DNA of 64,000 nucleotides from Vicinamibacteria bacterium (lineage in GTDB: Bacteria > Acidobacteriota > Vicinamibacteria > Marinacidobacterales > Marinacidobacteraceae): NCBI GenBank assembly GCA_963555995.3, contig OY821641.1:3136001-3200000 (forward strand), given 5' to 3'. The translations under genes were made by a program, and so were the position numbers. The stretch's first letter is position 1, and each line of letters opens with the position of its first letter. The notes beneath the pieces are model-generated. The model was given only the letters and a program-made list of their open reading frames with translations. It searched no databases and was not told where the DNA came from. Positions 30,953-41,538 of this stretch are shown piece after piece.

Positions 30953-31990
30953 TCAGCGGTTCCCGTCGCGCGTCAGGTTGGTGAAGGCGGGGGTCGCGGC
31001 TTCCCTGATCGCACCCTCCGGGGCCGCGGTCAGGAAGAGGGCCGCGATGCCCCTTTCCCCGGCGAGTTCGAGGCCCTCCTCCGGGCCCAGCACGTAGAGC
31101 GCCGTCGCCCAGGCGTCGGCTTCGAGGCAGGAGTCGGCAAGCACCGTAACCGAGCCGGTGCGGCGCTCGACGGGGCGGCCGGTGCGCGGGTCGAGGATGT
31201 GGGTCCAGAAGCGGTCGGCCGCATCGTCGCTGGGCCGGAAGTCGCGGTAGCCGCCGGAGGTGGCGAGCGCGAGACCCCGGATCGGGAACGAGCGATGGAC
31301 CCGGGTTGCGATGCCGCCCGCCGGGTGCTGGATACCGACCGTCCATTCGCCTCCTGCCCGGATCTCGCCGCCGATCTCGACGAGGTGCTCGGCGAAACCG
31401 AGGTCTGTGAGGGCGGCGGAGACCCGGTCCACCGCGTAGCCCTTGGCGATTCCGGAGAGGTCCAATTCGATGCCGGGGACCTGGCTATGGAGAGTCGCCC
31501 CGCCGTTCTCCAGCGCCAGCGAGAGCAGATGGCTGCCGGTCCGGCTCCGGGAGGCTTCGACCGCCGCGGGATCAGGTGCGGCGCGCGCCGGGTCGCCGCC
31601 GGGGCCGAAGCCGAAGAGCCGGAGCAGCGGGCCGACGGTGATGTCGAAGGCGCCGCCGGATTCGTCGTGGATGCGGAGGGCCGTTTCGATGACCCGGGCC
31701 AGCGGAGCCGAGATCGGTTGCGGGTCCGTGGCGTCCGACGCGTTCAGGCGCGAGAGTTCCGAGTCGTCCCGCCAGTTGGACATGCTGCGGTCCACGGCGT
31801 CGAGTTCGGTCTCGATGGCCGCCCGGACGGGTGCGGCATCCCGCTCAGAGCCGCGGATGCGGGCGGTCCAGCGGGTGCCGAAGGCTTCCCCGTCGAGGGT
31901 CCAGGCGGGGTCGGCGGGTGGGGCGCAGGCGGCGGTGCAGACCGCCGCCGCCAGCGCGAACCGCGGTAGGCGTTTCGCTCGCCGGGGGCG
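30953..31990 (-). CDS. apbE: FAD:protein FMN transferase ApbE (start uncertain)
   Basis: DLSGIAKGYAVD, ATSGGY, HILDPRTG, ADAWATA; frame stays open upstream through a lipoprotein signal FALAAAVCTAAC. Confidence 0.85.
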   Translation of the reverse strand, partial: RPRRAKRLPRFALAAAVCTAACAPPADPAWTLDGEAFGTRWTARIRGSERDAAPVRAAIETELDAVDRSMSNWRDDSELSRLNASDATDPQPISAPLARVIETALRIHDESGGAFDITVGPLLRLFGFGPGGDPARAAPDPAAVEASRSRTGSHLLSLALENGGATLHSQVPGIELDLSGIAKGYAVDRVSAALTDLGFAEHLVEIGGEIRAGGEWTVGIQHPAGGIATRVHRSFPIRGLALATSGGYRDFRPSDDAADRFWTHILDPRTGRPVERRTGSVTVLADSCLEADAWATALYVLGPEEGLELAGERGIAALFLTAAPEGAIREAATPAFTNLTRDGNR

Positions 31991-32072
31991 AGCGGTGCCG
32001 GTCTGAAGACCGGCGCTCCCGGCCTCCGCGCGACCGTGCCGGTCGGGAGGCCGGCGCTCCGGGGCGCTCCCG

Positions 32073-32393
32073 TCAGGCGCCGGGTGGACGGTACTGGACA
32101 GACTTCGCTACCGCCGCGTCAATGTCCTGCGCGGTGAGGAGAACGATGGTCTGGACCGTGAGCGCGCCCGCCGAGGCGATGTTCAGCGCGAGCGCCGTCG
32201 CGGCCGTCTCGTCGGGCACGTCGGCGATCAGGTAGAGGTCGCAGTCGCCGAAGGCGTAGTAGAAGCCTTCGAGGCTACCCCCGACGCTCTCGACGGTCTG
32301 GCGCAGGGCCGCCTCCCGGCCGCTGCCGCCCTCGGCGAGCAGCCCCTTGAGGCCGGACTGCGTGTAGTTGGTGCGAAACATGTACTTGGCCAT
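32073..32393 (-). CDS. GYD-domain protein
   Basis: MAKYMFRTNYTQSG...FYYAFGDCD; start at ATG 32393. Confidence 0.8.
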   Translation of the reverse strand: MAKYMFRTNYTQSGLKGLLAEGGSGREAALRQTVESVGGSLEGFYYAFGDCDLYLIADVPDETAATALALNIASAGALTVQTIVLLTAQDIDAAVAKSVQYRPPGA

Positions 32394-33535
32394 GCTGTTC
32401 CCCTCGCGCGAATGGGCTGGAAAAGCCAGATTGTAATCCGGTGGTTCCGGAACTCTGCGGACCGGGATGAAGACCGGTAGGTTCGTTTGGCTCGCGGGGT
32501 GGATCCGCCGGAGATACCCCCTTCGTGATGTTGCGGCCCGATCGGTCATCCGCGAGCCGCGCACATACTCGCCGGACTCACAGTACCAACGGCTCCACGA
32601 TGCCCTTTCGGCACCGGTGTGCGAACACGCTAGCCAACATTACCCGAGGGTTCACCAGTATACGGCGATGATCTCCGCATCTAGGAAGCGTTCCCTTCGA
32701 TTGGACACCGAGCCGGATCTTGGCCGGAATCCAGTCGGCGTGCCCAAACCAGGAGAATCACTTGCCCCGATCTTTCGCGTGAACCCCATGCGCAAATCAG
32801 CAGCTAGTTCGGACGGCGTCTTCACACCTAGGGCGTTGTCGACCCTGCGAATCACCTCGGCCAGCACAGGTCTCCGACTATCGACAGTCTTGAACCACCC
32901 CTGCCTAAACGGAATGTCCTGCACTAGAGCCTTGATCGTGGCCATGTCTAGCTCGCCATCGTGGTGACCAACCAACTCCTGCGCGAACTCTATAACCATG
33001 TTCTCCCCCACACCGTCGAAACCGATGGCCGGAGATCTCGACGCTGCAGCCCCATCTTTCATCGCCTGAAGGGCTGTTTGCCCAAACTCTGTGATGGCCT
33101 CGTCGAATTCGGGTGCTATTCCGGCCAAGACGTCGGCAACTTTTACTGGGCTCCAACCATCCGACACGCCGTCCGTAGCGAGGCGACAAAAGACACGGTA
33201 CTTTGACCGGGAAAACAGTATCCGCCTAATGTCCTTCCAAAACAGATCACGCTGCGCCACGCCTACAACCAGCACCGGCGATCCGATTGGCCTCTCCCCT
33301 TCCGGCACCGTCTCCAAGAGTCGCTTGTGAACAAGGAATTCGCGGCCTCCACTCTGCACAGACACAAAGTCAACAAGCCACCCCCGAATGGGGACTAGTC
33401 CAACGAGTAAGCCCTCCAACAACTTGCTTATCGACCTCATTTGGTCGACTTGCGCCTTGGTCGTAGAGCCGAAGAAGAGATCATTGTCCTCCATGATTTC
33501 GCGGGCGGTTGCGATCACAGAAGCCATTCTAAAGA

Positions 33536-34912
33536 GGCGCTTCACGGTTTCGTGTGGAAACAGGCCGCAGCCGGGCTGAGGTCCAGCCCGCCCAGGTGGA
33601 AGTAGATCGCCTCCCGGAAGCGGGCGCGGTTTCGGTAACCGCAGGCCATCTTCTTGAGCCACTGGATGCGCGAGTTGATGGCCTCGGCGCGTGCATTGGT
33701 GACGGTGGAGGTGGCGGCGTTGATCACGCCATCCCAGTGTCGCTTGATCATCCGAGCGACACGCTTGATGGGTTCCAGGCGTGAGCGGATGGCCCAGCCG
33801 TACCACTGCTTCCACCGGCGTTCGGCCCAGCCCCGGACCCGGTATCCCCACAGGGTTGCGGCCAACTGCTTGATCGCCCAGGCGCGCGCCACCCGGAGTT
33901 CACTGTTCCGCAGGGTGGCGAATTTCAACTGCTGCCGGCGATTCAGCGTCCCCGGCTTCATCTGCCACAGGTACCTGCTCTTGTTGAGCCGGTCGTCCCC
34001 GGAGCGCAGCAACTCCCGATGCTCCTCCCGGCGCACCCGGTCCACCGCCTGTCCCAGGTGCTGAAACACGTGGAACTTGTCGAACACGATCTCCGCTTCG
34101 GTGTTCTCCCGGACCGACCGGATGTACGGCTGCGCCATGTCCATCGCCACCTGCTCAAGCTCGGCACACCCTTCCGACCCCAGTTCCTCGAAGAAGCCGT
34201 CAAGAGCCGTTTGGCTCCGCCCGTCAGCGACATACAGGACGCTGCCTGCCAGATCGTTCACCACCGTCACATACTCGTGCCGCTTCTGGAAGGAGGTCTC
34301 ATCCACCCCGATCCGACGGGGCGGACGGAGCTCCCGGCGCGCCAGCCCCCGCCGCACCGCCCGGTGCTGGATACCCGCCACCTGACCCCACGAAAGACCG
34401 AACTGCCGCGCGACCGCCGAGGCGCTCGCTTCCAGAAGCCAGGCGATCACCAGCCCCTCGAAACGGGCCGTGAATCGGGAGTTCGCATCCGCCCACGGGG
34501 GAACCACCTGTCGCACCCCATGCACCGTGCAGCGCACCCGCGGGATCTCCGCCACCAACCAGGTCTGATACTGCATCGTGTCCAGATGCCGCCAGCGCCG
34601 CCGCCGCCCGTCGTGCCGCTGACCCGCCTCGCCGCACTCCGGGCACGCCAGGCGGCCTCCCGTCCACACCACCATCACCTCAACCTCCTCCGTCTCGTGG
34701 CGCACCAGGACCTCCGACACCTGCCACGGGGGACGCAAGCCGAGAAGCGATTGGTAATGCTGGGTGATGTACGTCATCACGCCAGCATAAAACGACGCCT
34801 CCCGAGCACCCTCCCGAAACCGCGCCCGCTTCCGGGAGGCGATCTACTTCCCCTGGGCGGGCTGGATCTCAGCCCGGCTGCGGCCTGTTTCCACACGAAA
34901 CCGTGAAGAGCC
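33536..34912 (-). mobile_element. ISL3-family insertion sequence
   Basis: GGC(G/T)CTTC ends; 8-bp TSD TCTAAAGA at 33528-33535 and 34913-34920. Confidence 0.95.
33542..34780 (-). CDS. ISL3 transposase
   Basis: CPECG zinc finger, IGVDETSF, MDM, FDKFHV, TNARAEAINSRI. Confidence 0.95.
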   Translation of the reverse strand: MMTYITQHYQSLLGLRPPWQVSEVLVRHETEEVEVMVVWTGGRLACPECGEAGQRHDGRRRRWRHLDTMQYQTWLVAEIPRVRCTVHGVRQVVPPWADANSRFTARFEGLVIAWLLEASASAVARQFGLSWGQVAGIQHRAVRRGLARRELRPPRRIGVDETSFQKRHEYVTVVNDLAGSVLYVADGRSQTALDGFFEELGSEGCAELEQVAMDMAQPYIRSVRENTEAEIVFDKFHVFQHLGQAVDRVRREEHRELLRSGDDRLNKSRYLWQMKPGTLNRRQQLKFATLRNSELRVARAWAIKQLAATLWGYRVRGWAERRWKQWYGWAIRSRLEPIKRVARMIKRHWDGVINAATSTVTNARAEAINSRIQWLKKMACGYRNRARFREAIYFHLGGLDLSPAAACFHTKP

Positions 34913-35424
34913 TCTAAAGATCGGGTCCGCCTCCAACTCTACGTCGAGCTCCAAAAGGCTTCCGCGACGAATGCTCTGTGCGTCGATAAGCCACCCGGCC
35001 TCCATCAGGCTGTCTCGGTCCTCTTCGAGGTCGGTAATGTTTCCCACCCCCGGTTGGTCACCGGGGTTTGACGGTCTCAATAGAAGGGAGTCCCGCTCCA
35101 GTTCGTACAACTCCCTAAAGTGCGTCTGGATGATCGCCTTACTCAGAACCTGCGCACTCTGAACTTGACTCTCCCGTATAGTCGAGCCCGTCTTCCCCGT
35201 TGCCACGCCCAAGCCCAGACTCAGCGAAGTATCGACGGAGGCGTCCTCGGAAGTTGTTCGGGCCTCCGTGAATTCACTCACGATGTTGCCTCTCCGCGAG
35301 GCAAGTAGACTGTAGACAGATACGTCATCCAAATAAACGAACTCACGTAGGCCTTCCGGTTCACCCACCCGTTTCCTCGGCGCGTGAGAGCGCCGAAACC
35401 GTTTGCGTAGCCGACCCAGAATAC

Positions 35425-36690
35425 TCATCGCTCGGTTCCATCCACGCCGGTTTCCTCCGAGCGGTTCCGGTAGTCAGCTACACGCTCGAAACCACCTACG
35501 TAGTCCTCCTCACGAATGGCCGTTCTCTCATCTGACGCGGCGAGAAGTGCAGCTTCATTCCAAATCTGTGTCAGTTCTGCGGCCGACCATCCGGCGGTAT
35601 GCGTTGCCACCATCTCATGGGGCAGTGAACCAAAGGTCGAAAGCCGACGTTCCGTCGTGTTGAGGATGTCTAAACGGTCGCTCTCGTTTGGGAGGGGGAA
35701 TTCGATCTCCCAATCAAATCGGCCAGGTCGTCTAAGCGCAACATCGAGATCCTGCGGCCGGTTGGTTGTTGCGATGACGACCACGTTTGTGTCAGACTGA
35801 AAACCATCCAAGAGTGTCAGGAGTTGAGCAACGACACGCTTTGATGCCTCGTGAGACTCGTCCCCACGCTGGGCCGCCACACTGTCAATTTCATCAAAAA
35901 AGACGATGGCCTTGTCATGCTTGGCAGCGGCTGCAAACAGTTTTCTCAACACCTCTTCGCTCTGTCCGTACCACTTGCTGAAGATCTCTGGTCCGGATAT
36001 TTCGTAGAATTCGGCCCCCGCGCGGGCAGCGATGATTCGTGCCAGCATCGTCTTGCCCGTTCCTGGGGCTCCAGTAAAGAGCACGCCTCTTATTGGGCGT
36101 GCGCCAATGGCGGACAAACGTTCACTTTCCTTCAGCGGTAGCTCAATCAACTCTCGGGCCCTCGCGACGACGTCGGGGAGTCCTCCGAAATCGTCGAACC
36201 CAAGGTTAGGTTCTCCCGAGTCCGATAGCCGATAGTGATCAATCGCGGACTCATCTAGCTCCGGCAGGATCGTGTATTTGATCGGCTTCGGCGAAAGGAT
36301 TCGTGTCACACCTTGCACTTCACCCGCGAGGACCGTGTTACCCACCTCATAATCGGGATCGGCAACTGTCGGAATACGTCGAAACTGGCCGCTCGACTCG
36401 ACAACCGTGACATCACTGAGCTTTATCTTTACGATGCCGACCCAGAGGTCGTCAGGCCACGTCGAGGGCGGAACCTGTTGAACCTGGGCTGAGTTGGAAT
36501 CTAAGTCACCGGTAACAAGTAGCACGTCACCGATCGCGCACTCATGGGCCACAACGTCGAAGAATCCCGTCTTGCCGTTTTGGAAACGGATATATACGCG
36601 CCGACCATCGTCACCCAGCGCTGTGATTCTTGCCAGCAACCCGGATGGACCCAGTGCGACAGGTTCCCTACTTTCACGCACTCTAAGCAC
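35425..36690 (-). CDS. Single-module classic-clade AAA+ ATPase (PAN/Cdc48-like)
   Basis: FDDFGGL, GAPGTGKT, KWYG pore loop, FFDEID, TNRPQDLDVALRRPGRFD. Confidence 0.9.
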   Translation of the reverse strand: MLRVRESREPVALGPSGLLARITALGDDGRRVYIRFQNGKTGFFDVVAHECAIGDVLLVTGDLDSNSAQVQQVPPSTWPDDLWVGIVKIKLSDVTVVESSGQFRRIPTVADPDYEVGNTVLAGEVQGVTRILSPKPIKYTILPELDESAIDHYRLSDSGEPNLGFDDFGGLPDVVARARELIELPLKESERLSAIGARPIRGVLFTGAPGTGKTMLARIIAARAGAEFYEISGPEIFSKWYGQSEEVLRKLFAAAAKHDKAIVFFDEIDSVAAQRGDESHEASKRVVAQLLTLLDGFQSDTNVVVIATTNRPQDLDVALRRPGRFDWEIEFPLPNESDRLDILNTTERRLSTFGSLPHEMVATHTAGWSAAELTQIWNEAALLAASDERTAIREEDYVGGFERVADYRNRSEETGVDGTER

Positions 36691-36790
36691 TCACGTTGAC
36701 AGAGAGCCGCGCCATTGGCGACGATTTCGCGCCTTTGTGCGATGCCGCTCTTAGACCCGCGGCCCCTAGAATCCCCACTTCTTCCCGTCC

Positions 36791-38020
36791 CTATCCGAAG
36801 TCGTCGAAGGCGATGTTCTCGGGCTCGACGCCGAGGCCGTCGAGCATCTGGAGGCAGGCCTTGAGCATCAGCGGCGGGCCGCAGAGGTAGTACTCGGCGT
36901 CCTCCGGGTTCGGGTGGTCTTTCAGGTAGTTGTCATAGAGGACCTGGTGGATGAAGCCGGTGTAGCCGGTCCAGTTGTCCTCGGGGAGCGGCTCGGAGAG
37001 CGCCAGCTTCCAGTCGAAGTTCTCGTTCTCCGCCGCGATGGCGTCGAAATCGTCCTGGTAGAACGCCTCCCGGAGGCTCCGCGCGCCGTACCAGAACGAG
37101 ACCCTGCGGCCGGTCTTCAGCCGGCGGAACTGGTCGAAGATGTGCGAGCGCATCGGCGCCATCCCCGCCCCGCCGCCCACGAAGACCATCTCGTTGCCGG
37201 TCTCCTTCGCGAAGAACTCGCCGAAGGGACCCGAGATCGTCACCTCGTCGCCGGGCTTCAGCCCGAAGAGCCACGAGGTCATCTTGCCGGGCGGGACGTC
37301 CGGCATCCGGGGCGGCGGTGACGCGATCCGCACGTTCAGCAGGATGACCCCCCGCTCCTCGGGATAGTTCGCCATCGAGTAGGCGCGCACCACGTCCTCG
37401 CCGTCGGCCACCGTGGCCCGGTACTGCCACATGTTGAAGCGGTCCCAGTCGTCCCGGTACTCCTCCTCGATGTCGAAGTCCTGGTAGCTCAGCGCGTAGG
37501 GCGGGCAGTCAATCTGGATGTAGCCGCCCGCCCGGAAGGGGACCTCCTCCCCGGCGGGCAGCTCCAGCACCAGCTCCTTGATGAAGGTCGCCACGTTGTG
37601 GTTCGACCGGACCCGGCACTTCCACTGGCGGACGCTGAACAGTTCCGGCGCCACCTCGATCGCGACGTCCTGCTTCACCTTGACCTGGCACGAGAGGCGG
37701 ACGCCCTCGCGCTCCTCGCCGCGGGTGAGGTGGCTGCGCTCGGTGGGGAGGACGGCGCCGCCGCCGTCGAGCACCTTGAGGGTGCAGACCCCGCAGCTCC
37801 CCTTGCCGCCGCACGCGGACGGGATGAAAAGGCCGTTCGCCGCCAGTGTCCCGAGCAGCGTGCCGCCGGCCGGGGTGCAGATGTCGTGTTCCGGGTCGTC
37901 GTTGATGCGGATCGTGACCTCGCCGGTGGCGACCAGCCGCTTCCGGGCGTAGAGCAGCACCACCACCAGGGCGAGGATGACCCCCGTGAAGCCGGCGACG
38001 CCCAGCAGGACCGTGCTCAC
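36791..38020 (-). CDS. nqrF: Na+-NQR subunit F
   Basis: GTG 38020; [40 protein letters not shown]. Confidence 0.95.
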   Translation of the reverse strand: MSTVLLGVAGFTGVILALVVVLLYARKRLVATGEVTIRINDDPEHDICTPAGGTLLGTLAANGLFIPSACGGKGSCGVCTLKVLDGGGAVLPTERSHLTRGEEREGVRLSCQVKVKQDVAIEVAPELFSVRQWKCRVRSNHNVATFIKELVLELPAGEEVPFRAGGYIQIDCPPYALSYQDFDIEEEYRDDWDRFNMWQYRATVADGEDVVRAYSMANYPEERGVILLNVRIASPPPRMPDVPPGKMTSWLFGLKPGDEVTISGPFGEFFAKETGNEMVFVGGGAGMAPMRSHIFDQFRRLKTGRRVSFWYGARSLREAFYQDDFDAIAAENENFDWKLALSEPLPEDNWTGYTGFIHQVLYDNYLKDHPNPEDAEYYLCGPPLMLKACLQMLDGLGVEPENIAFDDFG

Positions 38021-38634
38021 AACTGGATGCCGCCGAACGCCAGGAAGCCGATGGCCATCAGCCCGGTGAGCAGGAAGGTGATGCCCAGACCACGCAGCCC
38101 CGCCGGGATGTGGTGGTAGCGCAGCCGTTCCCGGATCCCGGCGAGGGCGGCGATGGCGAGCAGCCACCCGACCCCGGACCCGAAGCCGAAGACCGCCGCC
38201 TCGGGCAGGGTGAGCCCCCGCTCCACCATCAGCAGCGACGCCCCCAGGATGGCGCAGTTGACCGCGATCAGCGGCAGGAACACCCCGAGGGCGGCGTGGA
38301 GCGTCGGGAAGAACCGGTCGAGCGCCATCTCGACGATCTGCACCGTGGCCGCGATCGTCCCGATGAAGGTCAGGAAGCGGAGGAAGGACAGGTCCTGCCC
38401 CGTCAGCGACGCGTGCGCCCAGCCGAGCGCGCCGGGACGGAGCAGGTAGTCGTTGATGGCGTGGTTCAGCGGCACCGTCACGGTGAGCACGAAAACCACC
38501 GCCAGTCCGAGGCCGATTGCCGTGCTGACCCGCTTCGAGACCGCGAGGAACGAGCACATCCCGAGGAAGAAGGTCAGGGCCATGTTCTCGACGAAGATCG
38601 CCTTGACCGCGATGTTGAGATAGTCCTCGAGCAT
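38017..38634 (-). CDS. nqrE: Na+-NQR subunit E
   Basis: [29 protein letters not shown]. Confidence 0.95.
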   Translation of the reverse strand: MLEDYLNIAVKAIFVENMALTFFLGMCSFLAVSKRVSTAIGLGLAVVFVLTVTVPLNHAINDYLLRPGALGWAHASLTGQDLSFLRFLTFIGTIAATVQIVEMALDRFFPTLHAALGVFLPLIAVNCAILGASLLMVERGLTLPEAAVFGFGSGVGWLLAIAALAGIRERLRYHHIPAGLRGLGITFLLTGLMAIGFLAFGGIQL

Positions 38635-39257
38635 CACTCGGCCTCGTTCTGCTCGGGCCGGAAGGTCCGCAGGATCCAGATCAGGAAGCCGATCACGAAG
38701 AACGCGCCCGGCGACAGGCTCATCAGCCCGTTCGGGGTGAACCAGCCGCCCTCGGACGCGAGCGGCAGCACCGGGATGCCCCAGAAGGTGCCGGCGCCGA
38801 ACACCTCGCGCGCCGCGCCGACCACCAGCAGGATGGCCGCGTAGCCCAGCCCGTTCCCGATCCCGTCCATCAGGCTCTTCAGCGGCGGGTTCTGCATCGC
38901 GAACGCCTCCGCGCGGCCCATGATGATGCAGTTCGTGATGATGAGACCCACGAAGACGCTGAGCTGCTTCGAGATCTCATAGACGTACGCCTTCAGGATC
39001 TGGTCGGTGACGATGACCAGCGAGGCGATGATGGTGAGCTGGACGATGATCCGGATGTTCGTCGGGATCATGTTCCGCAGCAGGCTGACCGACAGGTTCG
39101 AGAGCGCGATCACCGCGACCACCGCGGCGCTCATCACCACCGAGGTCTGCATCCCGGTGGTGACCGCGAGGGCGGAGCAGATCCCGAGCACCTGGAGCGC
39201 GATCGGGTTGTTGTGGATGAGCGGGTCCATCAGGATCCGCCGCGTCTCGGTGGCCAT
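38634..39257 (-). CDS. nqrD: Na+-NQR subunit D
   Basis: [26 protein letters not shown]. Confidence 0.95.
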   Translation of the reverse strand: MATETRRILMDPLIHNNPIALQVLGICSALAVTTGMQTSVVMSAAVVAVIALSNLSVSLLRNMIPTNIRIIVQLTIIASLVIVTDQILKAYVYEISKQLSVFVGLIITNCIIMGRAEAFAMQNPPLKSLMDGIGNGLGYAAILLVVGAAREVFGAGTFWGIPVLPLASEGGWFTPNGLMSLSPGAFFVIGFLIWILRTFRPEQNEAE

Positions 39258-39263
39258 CGCTTC

Positions 39264-40037
39264 CTAACCGCCGGCTTCCCCGGCCAGCCGCGCGAGGAAC
39301 GGCCCGAAGCCGTTCTCGGCGAGCCAGAAGCGGAGGAGGTTCGTGACCCCGCGGCTGGTCATGGTGGCCCCGGCGAGCCCGTCCACCCGGTGCGGGTCCT
39401 CCGCGACGGGGCCGGCGGCGGCCCGCGCCACCTCGATGATCGGCTCGCCGGCGGTGCCGAACACCCGCCGCCCCGGCCAGAGGGCCTTCCAGTTCGGGTT
39501 GTCCACCTCGCCGCCGAGGCCGGGGGTCTCCTTGTGCTCGTAGAAGGTGAGCCCGCGCACCGTGTCGAGGTCCGCGTCGAGGGCCAGGTAGCCGTAGAGG
39601 ACCGACCAGAGTCCCTGCCCCCGGACCGGGAGCACCACGGCGTCCAGCGCACCCTCCGCCTCCACCAGGTAAACGACGGAACGCCTTTCCACCCGGCGGA
39701 TCCGCGCCAGGTTCTCGGGCGCCGCGCGGGAGGAGTCGGTGATGCCGGCCTCCACCAGCGGGTCCACGCTCGCCGGGTCCACCTCCGGAAGTTCCTCTCC
39801 GGTTTCCAGATCCACCACCACCGCCCGGACCGCGGCGAAGCGCTCGGCCATGTCCGCTTCGGACAGTTCCTCCCCCGGATCGGCGAGCCCGGCGGCGAAG
39901 AGGACGTTCCGCTGGCGCTCCTGCTCGGCGTTCGCCGCCTGGAGGTCCCGGAGCGCCACCGCCGAGCCGGAGACCAACACGGCGCAGACGAGGCAGACCG
40001 CCGCCGCGAACGTCAGGATGTAGCGGGCGGTGGTCAT
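39264..40037 (-). CDS. nqrC: Na+-NQR subunit C
   Basis: GLWS, ETPGLGGEV, FMN site AGATMTS. Confidence 0.95.
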   Translation of the reverse strand: MTTARYILTFAAAVCLVCAVLVSGSAVALRDLQAANAEQERQRNVLFAAGLADPGEELSEADMAERFAAVRAVVVDLETGEELPEVDPASVDPLVEAGITDSSRAAPENLARIRRVERRSVVYLVEAEGALDAVVLPVRGQGLWSVLYGYLALDADLDTVRGLTFYEHKETPGLGGEVDNPNWKALWPGRRVFGTAGEPIIEVARAAAGPVAEDPHRVDGLAGATMTSRGVTNLLRFWLAENGFGPFLARLAGEAGG

Positions 40038-40096
40038 TTCTGCGGTCCGGGAGCGGTCGAAAATTCTAGTCCGGCGCGAGGCGCGGGGCGGGAGGA

Positions 40097-41278
40097 TCAG
40101 CCACCCGGCCCCGGAGCGCCCGGACCTTCGGCGAACAGGCGCAGATAAGCGCGATACGCGAAGACCCGGTTGCGCCGACGGCCCGTAGTTTCCTCCAGGA
40201 TTCCGGCCTCCACCATCCGGGATACCAGGACGTTCGCGTTGGCATAGCTGGTTCCAACCTGTCGTCGAACCCCCGCGACGGTGACCAGCGGTTGCCGGAA
40301 CAGGCTCTCCAGAACCCGGTGTCCGTTCCCGGCAGCGCGCCCCAGTCTCTCCGTGATCCGTGCCCGGTGACGCTCGCGGAGGGTCAGGATGCGGCGGGTC
40401 GTCGCCGCGGCGTCGGCGCTCACCACCGCGACCGCGCGCAGGAAGAAGGCGATCCAGCCCTCCCAGTCGCCCCGGTCGCGAACGCCCTGCAGCCGGTCGT
40501 AGTACTCGGCGCGATGCCGCATGAAGAACCAGGACAGGTAGAGGACCGGCTTCGTCAGGATCCGGTCGCGGCAGAGCAGGAGGGTGATGAGAAGCCGGCC
40601 GATCCGGCCGTTGCCGTCGCGGAACGGGTGGATGGTCTCGAACTGGGCGTGGGCGAGCCCGATGCGGACCAGCGGCGGCGCCTGCGGCGCATCCGCGCGG
40701 AGGAAGGTCTCAAGATCTCCGAGGAGACCGGCGACGTCGGCGGGCGGAGGCGGAACGAAGACGGCCCGCGCGATGTTCGAACCGGGAGCGCCGATCCAGA
40801 CCTGGTTGTCTCGGAGTTGTCCGGGATCGAGAGCCGCGCCGCGGGTGTCCTCGAGCAGGCGACGGTGCAGCCGGCAGATGAGCGCGACCGAGATCGGTTC
40901 CTCCCGCACGGCCGCGATGCCCTCGCGCATGGCCGCCGCGTAGTTGAGGACCTCGCCGGCGTCGCCCGGCCGTTCCGGGGCCAGGACTCTCGCCTCGGCG
41001 GCGAGGACGTCCTCGAGCGAGCTCTCGGTTCCCTCGATCCGGCTGGAAAGCACGGCCTCGTGCTTGATGTAGGTCAGCAGGAACAGATCGGGGTCCGGGA
41101 GGACCGCGATCGAGCCATCAAGCCGGCCGAGCGCCCGGTCGGCTTCGGAGAGCAGGTTCTGGAGGTCCCCGTCGAGTCGAACCGGCGGGCTGGGCGGCAG
41201 CGGACGAGGCAGAAAGGCGCGGTAGCCCTCCGGCTGAAGTCGCCAGGTCCCGGCCCGGTTCCCGGGAGTGGAGTCCAT
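40097..41278 (-). CDS. Fic-family protein (N-terminal inhibitory motif, C-terminal wHTH)
   Basis: SSRIEG, HPFRDGNGRIGR, ETTGRRRNRVF; start at ATG 41278. Confidence 0.9.
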   Translation of the reverse strand: MDSTPGNRAGTWRLQPEGYRAFLPRPLPPSPPVRLDGDLQNLLSEADRALGRLDGSIAVLPDPDLFLLTYIKHEAVLSSRIEGTESSLEDVLAAEARVLAPERPGDAGEVLNYAAAMREGIAAVREEPISVALICRLHRRLLEDTRGAALDPGQLRDNQVWIGAPGSNIARAVFVPPPPADVAGLLGDLETFLRADAPQAPPLVRIGLAHAQFETIHPFRDGNGRIGRLLITLLLCRDRILTKPVLYLSWFFMRHRAEYYDRLQGVRDRGDWEGWIAFFLRAVAVVSADAAATTRRILTLRERHRARITERLGRAAGNGHRVLESLFRQPLVTVAGVRRQVGTSYANANVLVSRMVEAGILEETTGRRRNRVFAYRAYLRLFAEGPGAPGPGG

Positions 41279-41300
41279 GGGTCTTAGTGCACTCTCACGA

Positions 41301-41390
41301 ACATATGGCCGGAAATCGGAGCCATAGTATCGCCAGAGCGATATATGGGGCTCGCGACACGCCATATTCATCCCAGCCTGACATATGGGT
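41301..41390. promoter_or_regulatory. Alternating inverted half-site array upstream of fic
   Basis: A(C/T)ATATGG at 41301, 41341 and 41381; GCCATA at 41321 and 41361. Confidence 0.6.
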
Positions 41391-41538
41391 CGGGTCCCTT
41401 CGGCACACCCCGCCCTTCACAAAAACGGCGGAAACGGCTTGGAACGCCGGCTTCAGCCGGCACAGCACGACGTCCGACAGCCGTATGGCCTGGAGCCGGT
41501 CGGTGGCGCCACCCTGGCCGGGGCGCGGCCGCGCCGCG

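Larger units (their letters stand above)
32652..35428 (-). pseudogene. DUF6414-like hypothetical protein interrupted by ISL3
   Basis: Removing 33536-34912 and one TSD joins ...EADPIFR to MASVIAT... in frame (463 aa); N-terminal LREFVYLDDVSVYSLLAS. Confidence 0.75.
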
